Shown here: piece by piece, positions 60,372-64,000 of the stretch
Position numbering within the stretch: position 1 is the stretch's first letter
How the letters are laid out: each line of letters starts with the position of its first letter
NCBI GenBank assembly: GCA_943370435.1
Contig: CALRQX020000022.1
Span: 4,313-68,312 of the forward strand
Source: Candidatus Kapaibacterium sp.
Lineage (GTDB): Bacteria > Pseudomonadota > Gammaproteobacteria > Burkholderiales > Burkholderiaceae_C
Direction: 5' to 3'
Length of the DNA: 64,000 bases
The notes under the pieces: generated by a model
Told to the model about the DNA's origin: nothing
What the model saw: only the letters and a program-made list of their open reading frames with translations
Database searches by the model: none
Program-made: the position numbers and the translations under genes

Positions 60372-61256
60372 ATGCATCTGAGCCGAAAACAATTGATCCT
60401 GCTGGTTTTGCTGACACTGGCCTGGGGCATCAACTGGCCCATCATGAAAGTCGGTGTCGCCGACTTTCCGCCTTTGACTTTTCGCGCCCTGTCGATCTGG
60501 CTCGGCATTCCGGTGCTGGGTGCGGCCATGCTGCTGATGAAGGTGCCGTTTTTTGTACCGCGCGAGAAATACCGCGAGCTGTTCTGGCTCGCATTTGCCA
60601 ACATGTTTGTCTGGCACGGGCTGATCATTCTGGCGGTGAAAAGCCTCAGCAGCGGGCGCGCCGCCATCCTCGGTTACACCATGCCGATTTTTTCAGCCCT
60701 GTTCGGCGCCTGGTTTTTCGGCAACCAGTTGCAGCGCCGCAGCTGGCTCGGTGTGGCTGCGGCCGCACTCGGCGTGTCGCTGCTGCTGTGGCACGAGTTG
60801 ACCAACCTGTCTGGCCGGCCGCTGGGCGTGTTGTGTGCGCTGGCGGCAGCGGCCACCTGGGCCGTCGGCACGCAGCAGCTGCGCAACACCACGATGCCGG
60901 TCGCCACACTGACGATTTCCTTCTGGATGACGGTCATGACGGCAGTGGTGATGACGGGCTTGAGCGCGGTCTTCGAAATGCCGCAGTGGAAGGCGCCCCC
61001 GGCGATCAGCTGGGCCGCTATTTTTTACAACGCCGTGATCATTTTCGGCTTTGCCCATGCCGCCTGGTTTTTCCTGGCGCGCAGCCTGCCGCCGATCGCC
61101 TCGACCCTGAGCGTGATGATGATCCCCATCCTCGGCGTGTTCTCCGGCGCCCTGGGCCTGGGCGAGGTGCTGCACTGGCAGGACTGGGCGGCGGTGGTTC
61201 TGATGGTGGTGGCGATTGCCTCGGTGCTGGCGCCGGGGCGAGCTGCAGCCAGGTAA
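60372..61256 (+). CDS. EamA/DMT-family transporter
   Basis: From MHLSRKQLILLVLLTLAWGINWPIMKVGV; 10 TM segments. The upstream ORF extension overlaps pyrF. Confidence 0.85.
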   Translation: MHLSRKQLILLVLLTLAWGINWPIMKVGVADFPPLTFRALSIWLGIPVLGAAMLLMKVPFFVPREKYRELFWLAFANMFVWHGLIILAVKSLSSGRAAILGYTMPIFSALFGAWFFGNQLQRRSWLGVAAAALGVSLLLWHELTNLSGRPLGVLCALAAAATWAVGTQQLRNTTMPVATLTISFWMTVMTAVVMTGLSAVFEMPQWKAPPAISWAAIFYNAVIIFGFAHAAWFFLARSLPPIASTLSVMMIPILGVFSGALGLGEVLHWQDWAAVVLMVVAIASVLAPGRAAAR

Positions 61257-61351
61257 CCGTTAGCAGCGCGAGGGGCTCTCTTTACCAGCAGGGGCCGCGG
61301 AACCGGCTTTGCCGGGCCGCAGGCGCAGCGGCCCCCTAGTGGGGCAGGGAG

Positions 61352-62257
61352 TTACGCGGAGCGAACGACCGTGGGGGCCACACTCAGAGCCAGACAGAGG
61401 TCGTCCCAGGCCTTGGCCTTGTCGCCCAGGCTGCGCAGCAGATAGGCCGGGTGGTAACTGACGACCACCGGCACACCGAGGTAGCGAAACACCTGGCCCC
61501 GCAGCTTGCCGAGCGGGATTTTCTGCACATCGGGCACGCTGTCCTGCAGCAGCGACTGCGCCGCAAACTTGCCGAGCGCCAGAATCATCTTCGGTTGCAG
61601 CAGCTCCACCTGGCGCTTCAGGTAAGGCTCGCACTGCGCCACCTCGGCCGGTTCAGGGTTGCGGTTGGCCGGTGGCCGGCACTTGAGCACATTGGTGATA
61701 AAGAGGCTTCTGGACAGACCGGCCTGCGGCGGCGCCGCAGCGTCCTGGCCGCGCTGCAGGCCCATGGCCAGCAACATGTTGTCGAGCAGCTTGCCGGCCT
61801 GGCCGACAAAAGGCTCGCCGGCCAGGTCTTCGCTTTCACCGGGCGCTTCGCCGACGATCAGCCAGTCCACCTGCGCCGGGGCCGCAGCAGCGGCCGCCGG
61901 GGGGGCGCCAAACACAGTGCGGGTCCGGCTCTCGCACAGGGCACAGGCGCGGCAAGCGGCCACCGCAGCCTGCAGGGCCGGCCAATCCATGCGCTCCACC
62001 CCTTGCGGGCGCGCCAGCGGCGCGGCTTCCTGCAGCGCTGCGGCTGGCGGTGCACGCAGCGGCTGAGGGGCTGGCGCTTCAACATCAAATCGAGCTGCAA
62101 CCTTTTCCGGACGTGCGCCAGCAGCTATGTTATTGATAGCGCGTGCGGTGTCTGCCTGGGCCTGCGCCTGTGCGGCGGGTGTGGGCAAGGGTTGCCAGAC
62201 CCGCACCCCCATCTCGCGCAGCATGGCGCGTTGGCGTTTGTCCAGGTCCAGGCTCAC
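61352..62257 (-). CDS. family-4 uracil-DNA glycosylase with a ~100-aa N-terminal extension
   Basis: Core CRACALC...GEAPGESEDLAGEPFVGQAGKLLDNML...HPAYLLR. N-terminal MSLDLDKRQRAMLREMGVRVWQP followed by an Ala/Pro/Gln-rich linker. An alternative shorter start at MDWPAL (about 61993) cannot be excluded. Confidence 0.85.
   Translation of the reverse strand: MSLDLDKRQRAMLREMGVRVWQPLPTPAAQAQAQADTARAINNIAAGARPEKVAARFDVEAPAPQPLRAPPAAALQEAAPLARPQGVERMDWPALQAAVAACRACALCESRTRTVFGAPPAAAAAAPAQVDWLIVGEAPGESEDLAGEPFVGQAGKLLDNMLLAMGLQRGQDAAAPPQAGLSRSLFITNVLKCRPPANRNPEPAEVAQCEPYLKRQVELLQPKMILALGKFAAQSLLQDSVPDVQKIPLGKLRGQVFRYLGVPVVVSYHPAYLLRSLGDKAKAWDDLCLALSVAPTVVRSA
62094..62140 (+). repeat. REP-like repeat, copy F, embedded in the udg N-terminal linker
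   Basis: GCTGCAACCTTTTccggacGTGCGCCAGCAGCTatgttattgATAGC. Read antisense it encodes ...ARAINNIAAGARPEKVAA... in frame. Confidence 0.65.
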
Positions 62258-62267
62258 GGCACGCTCC

Positions 62268-62756
62268 TCATGCGGCGGACAGGGCCATGCTCATGACCAC
62301 CGCGTCTTCGCGCCCGGCCTTGTCGGCCGGGTAATACTGGCGCCGGCTGCCCACATGGCGAAAGCCATAACGCTCGTAGACCGCGCGTGCGCGGGTGTTG
62401 CTCACGCGCACTTCGAGCCAGACCCACTGCGCGCCCTGGCCACGTGACCACAGCACCAGCGCATCGAGCATCAGGCGGGCCCAGCCCTGGCGCTGGTATT
62501 CGGGGGCGACCGTGATGTTCAGCAGGTGCACCTCGTCCACACCCTGCATGGCCACAAAATAGCCAAGCAGCTGCGTAGCCGGACCTGTGCCGCCGGTCAA
62601 CAGCTGCGCCTGGTAACCGGCCCGCAGCGAGTCCCGGAAGTTGCCCTGGGTCCAGGGATGCGGATAGGCGCTTTGCTCAACCCGGCAGACCGCGTCCAGC
62701 CATGACTCGGTCATGGCTTCGAACTGGGCCTCCAGGGGTTCAAGAACAGCGCTCAT
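62268..62756 (-). CDS. rimI: ribosomal-protein-alanine N-acetyltransferase
   Basis: 162-aa GNAT; NITVAPEYQRQGWARLML acetyl-CoA motif. Conserved tsaB-rimI pairing. Confidence 0.88.
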   Translation of the reverse strand: MSAVLEPLEAQFEAMTESWLDAVCRVEQSAYPHPWTQGNFRDSLRAGYQAQLLTGGTGPATQLLGYFVAMQGVDEVHLLNITVAPEYQRQGWARLMLDALVLWSRGQGAQWVWLEVRVSNTRARAVYERYGFRHVGSRRQYYPADKAGREDAVVMSMALSAA

Positions 62757-62765
62757 GCGTCATTA

Positions 62766-63488
62766 TCAGCCGCAGGCCTGGGCCTGAGCGGCTTTGAGCC
62801 TGGCGCGCTCGTCGGTGGTCAGTGCCACCTTGTCACGCACATACAGCGGCAGCGCCTGATCGGCGGACACACCCTGGCCCGCAGCCAGCAGTGCGGGCGC
62901 GAGGCGCAGCAGGGCCGTGGCCGTGGGCAGCGCGCTCACACGCAGCAGACCATCCGGAAAAACCGGCAGCCGGTCCGCATACACGCCAAACACATTGCCG
63001 GCCAGCAAGCCGGTGCCTGCGTCCGCTTGCAAGGCCTCGGGACGGATCAGCGTGCAAGCTGCAGGCGTGGTCCAGCGCCCGCCGGCAAAGTCAAAGCGCT
63101 GCACATACATCTCGTCCATGCGGGCATCGAGCAGGGCCATCACCTGCAGATCCGCAGGCGCGGCGCCCTGCTGCTGAAAACGCGCTTCTTCGGCCAGCGC
63201 CAGCAAGGTGTCCAGCGGCAACACCGGCAGGCGCGCGCCGAAGGCCAGCCCCTGCGCCACCGAGCAGGCCGTGCGCAGCCCGGTGAAGGACCCCGGGCCA
63301 CGGCCAAACACCAGCGCATCGAGCCCGGCCAGCGCCAGCCCGGCCTGGTCCAGCAGCGCGAGGATGGCCGGTATCAGCGTGCTTGACGCCTGCGCGCCGC
63401 CGGGGCCGCTGTGCTGCCAGACGCGGTCGCCGTCGCTGAGCGCAATCGACAGGGTGTCGGTGCTGGTGTCAAAAGCCAGGAGTTTCAT
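62766..63488 (-). CDS. tsaB: tRNA threonylcarbamoyladenosine biosynthesis protein TsaB
   Basis: 240 aa; MKLLAFDTSTDTLSIAL, GPGSFTGLRTACSVAQGLA. Confidence 0.9.
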   Translation of the reverse strand: MKLLAFDTSTDTLSIALSDGDRVWQHSGPGGAQASSTLIPAILALLDQAGLALAGLDALVFGRGPGSFTGLRTACSVAQGLAFGARLPVLPLDTLLALAEEARFQQQGAAPADLQVMALLDARMDEMYVQRFDFAGGRWTTPAACTLIRPEALQADAGTGLLAGNVFGVYADRLPVFPDGLLRVSALPTATALLRLAPALLAAGQGVSADQALPLYVRDKVALTTDERARLKAAQAQACG

Positions 63489-63495
63489 GCTTGAT

Positions 63496-63554
63496 CAGTC
63501 AAATCAGGTTTTGACCCTTGTGGCGCCTGCGTGGGCAGCTACCAAATCAGGAGC
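63496..63554 (+). repeat. REP-like repeat, copy G, overlapping the 3' end of the DMT gene
   Basis: CAGTCAAATCAGGttttgaCCCTTgtggcgcctGCGTGGGCAGCTaccaaatcaGGAGC. It contains the TGA stop (63504-63506) and the last ~17 codons of the transporter. Confidence 0.6.
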
Positions 63555-64000
63555 GCCCGCAGCCGGCCTGGCCTGGGCCCGCACGCCGAACACAATGCCT
63601 GCGGTGACCAGCGCCAGACCGGCCACCAGGTTCCAGTACAGCGGCTCGCCAAGGAACAGCACCGCGCCCAGCGCCGACAGGCCGGGCACGACGGCGGTGA
63701 TCATGGTTGAGCGCACCGGTCCAAAGTACTGGACCATTTTGGTGAAGGTGATGCCGGAGATCACGACCGAGCCCACACCCTGGAACACCAGCTGGAAAAC
63801 AATCTCGCCCCAGGGTGCGCTGGCGAGCCGGCTGGCGATGGCGCCCGACAGCGTCAGCAGCGCATACACCGGCACATAAGTCACAAAGGCAAACACACTG
63901 ATGGCAATCGTCGCCTGCACCGCCTGCAGCGCGTGTTTGCGCACCAGCACCGAATACACAGCCCAGCAGGTGGAGGCGCCGAGAAACAGCAGGTCGCCCT
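63504..64000 (-). CDS. EamA/DMT-family transporter, C-terminal part (gene runs off the right edge)
   Basis: The ORF stays open upstream of the track start (...GDLLFLGASTCWAVYSVLVRKH...). TM-rich EamA repeat. Confidence 0.8.
   Translation of the reverse strand, partial: GDLLFLGASTCWAVYSVLVRKHALQAVQATIAISVFAFVTYVPVYALLTLSGAIASRLASAPWGEIVFQLVFQGVGSVVISGITFTKMVQYFGPVRSTMITAVVPGLSALGAVLFLGEPLYWNLVAGLALVTAGIVFGVRAQARPAAGAPDLVAAHAGATRVKT

Noticed and set aside
1-64000. Searched for CRISPR arrays, tRNA/rRNA genes, transposases or integrases, toxin-antitoxin pairs and defence-system-like clusters of unknown large ORFs.
   Set aside because: None found. All sizeable ORFs are accounted for by recognisable housekeeping, respiratory, transport or regulatory genes. 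The only dispersed repeats are the short REP-like elements reported above.

Overview
High-GC (by eye about two-thirds G+C, not computed) betaproteobacterial chromosome segment. Gene content and order look Burkholderiales, probably Comamonadaceae-like; this is inference from Bug/TctC, the leuS-lptE-holA and tsaB-rimI-udg strings and the repeat family. I call about 58 protein genes and find no rRNA, tRNA, CRISPR array, transposase, integrase or phage genes. Left third (1-22.5 kb, all minus strand): narXL, narK1-narK2-narGHJI and a tightly packed downstream tail (parvulin PPIase, beta-carbonic anhydrase, nitronate-monooxygenase-like flavoprotein, B12-dependent ribonucleotide reductase nrdJ, nnrS, nitroreductase, a small unknown protein, hemerythrin), running into proA. 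Middle: leuS-lptE-holA, exbBD, dapB, bamE, fur, hprK-ptsN-hpf, patatin-like lipase, corA, MTA/SAH nucleosidase, fadD, pntAB, a NUDIX hydrolase and mnmA. Right: a 7TMR-DISM histidine kinase with a LuxR response regulator next to an unusual two-domain outer-membrane protein, then ssb, an MFS transporter, uvrA, small metabolic, transport and LysR genes, pyrF and tsaB-rimI-udg. I found no convincing self-contained novel system such as a defence island; every long ORF is either a recognisable gene or an antisense shadow ORF. Most worth a second look: (1) the nar/nitrosative-stress gene train apparently spliced seamlessly between holA and proA, with nrdJ translationally coupled to nnrS inside it; (2) a co-oriented REP-like repeat family with at least 7 copies, two of them inside coding sequence; (3) a putative MipA + PagL-like tandem beta-barrel protein beside a two-component system; (4) a 447-nt non-coding tract where rpoN would be expected upstream of hpf; (5) a 470-nt palindrome-dense tract at 56.0-56.5 kb. 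Internal start codons were placed by arithmetic from the supplied ORF track; hand-indexed motif coordinates may be off by 1-2 nt.
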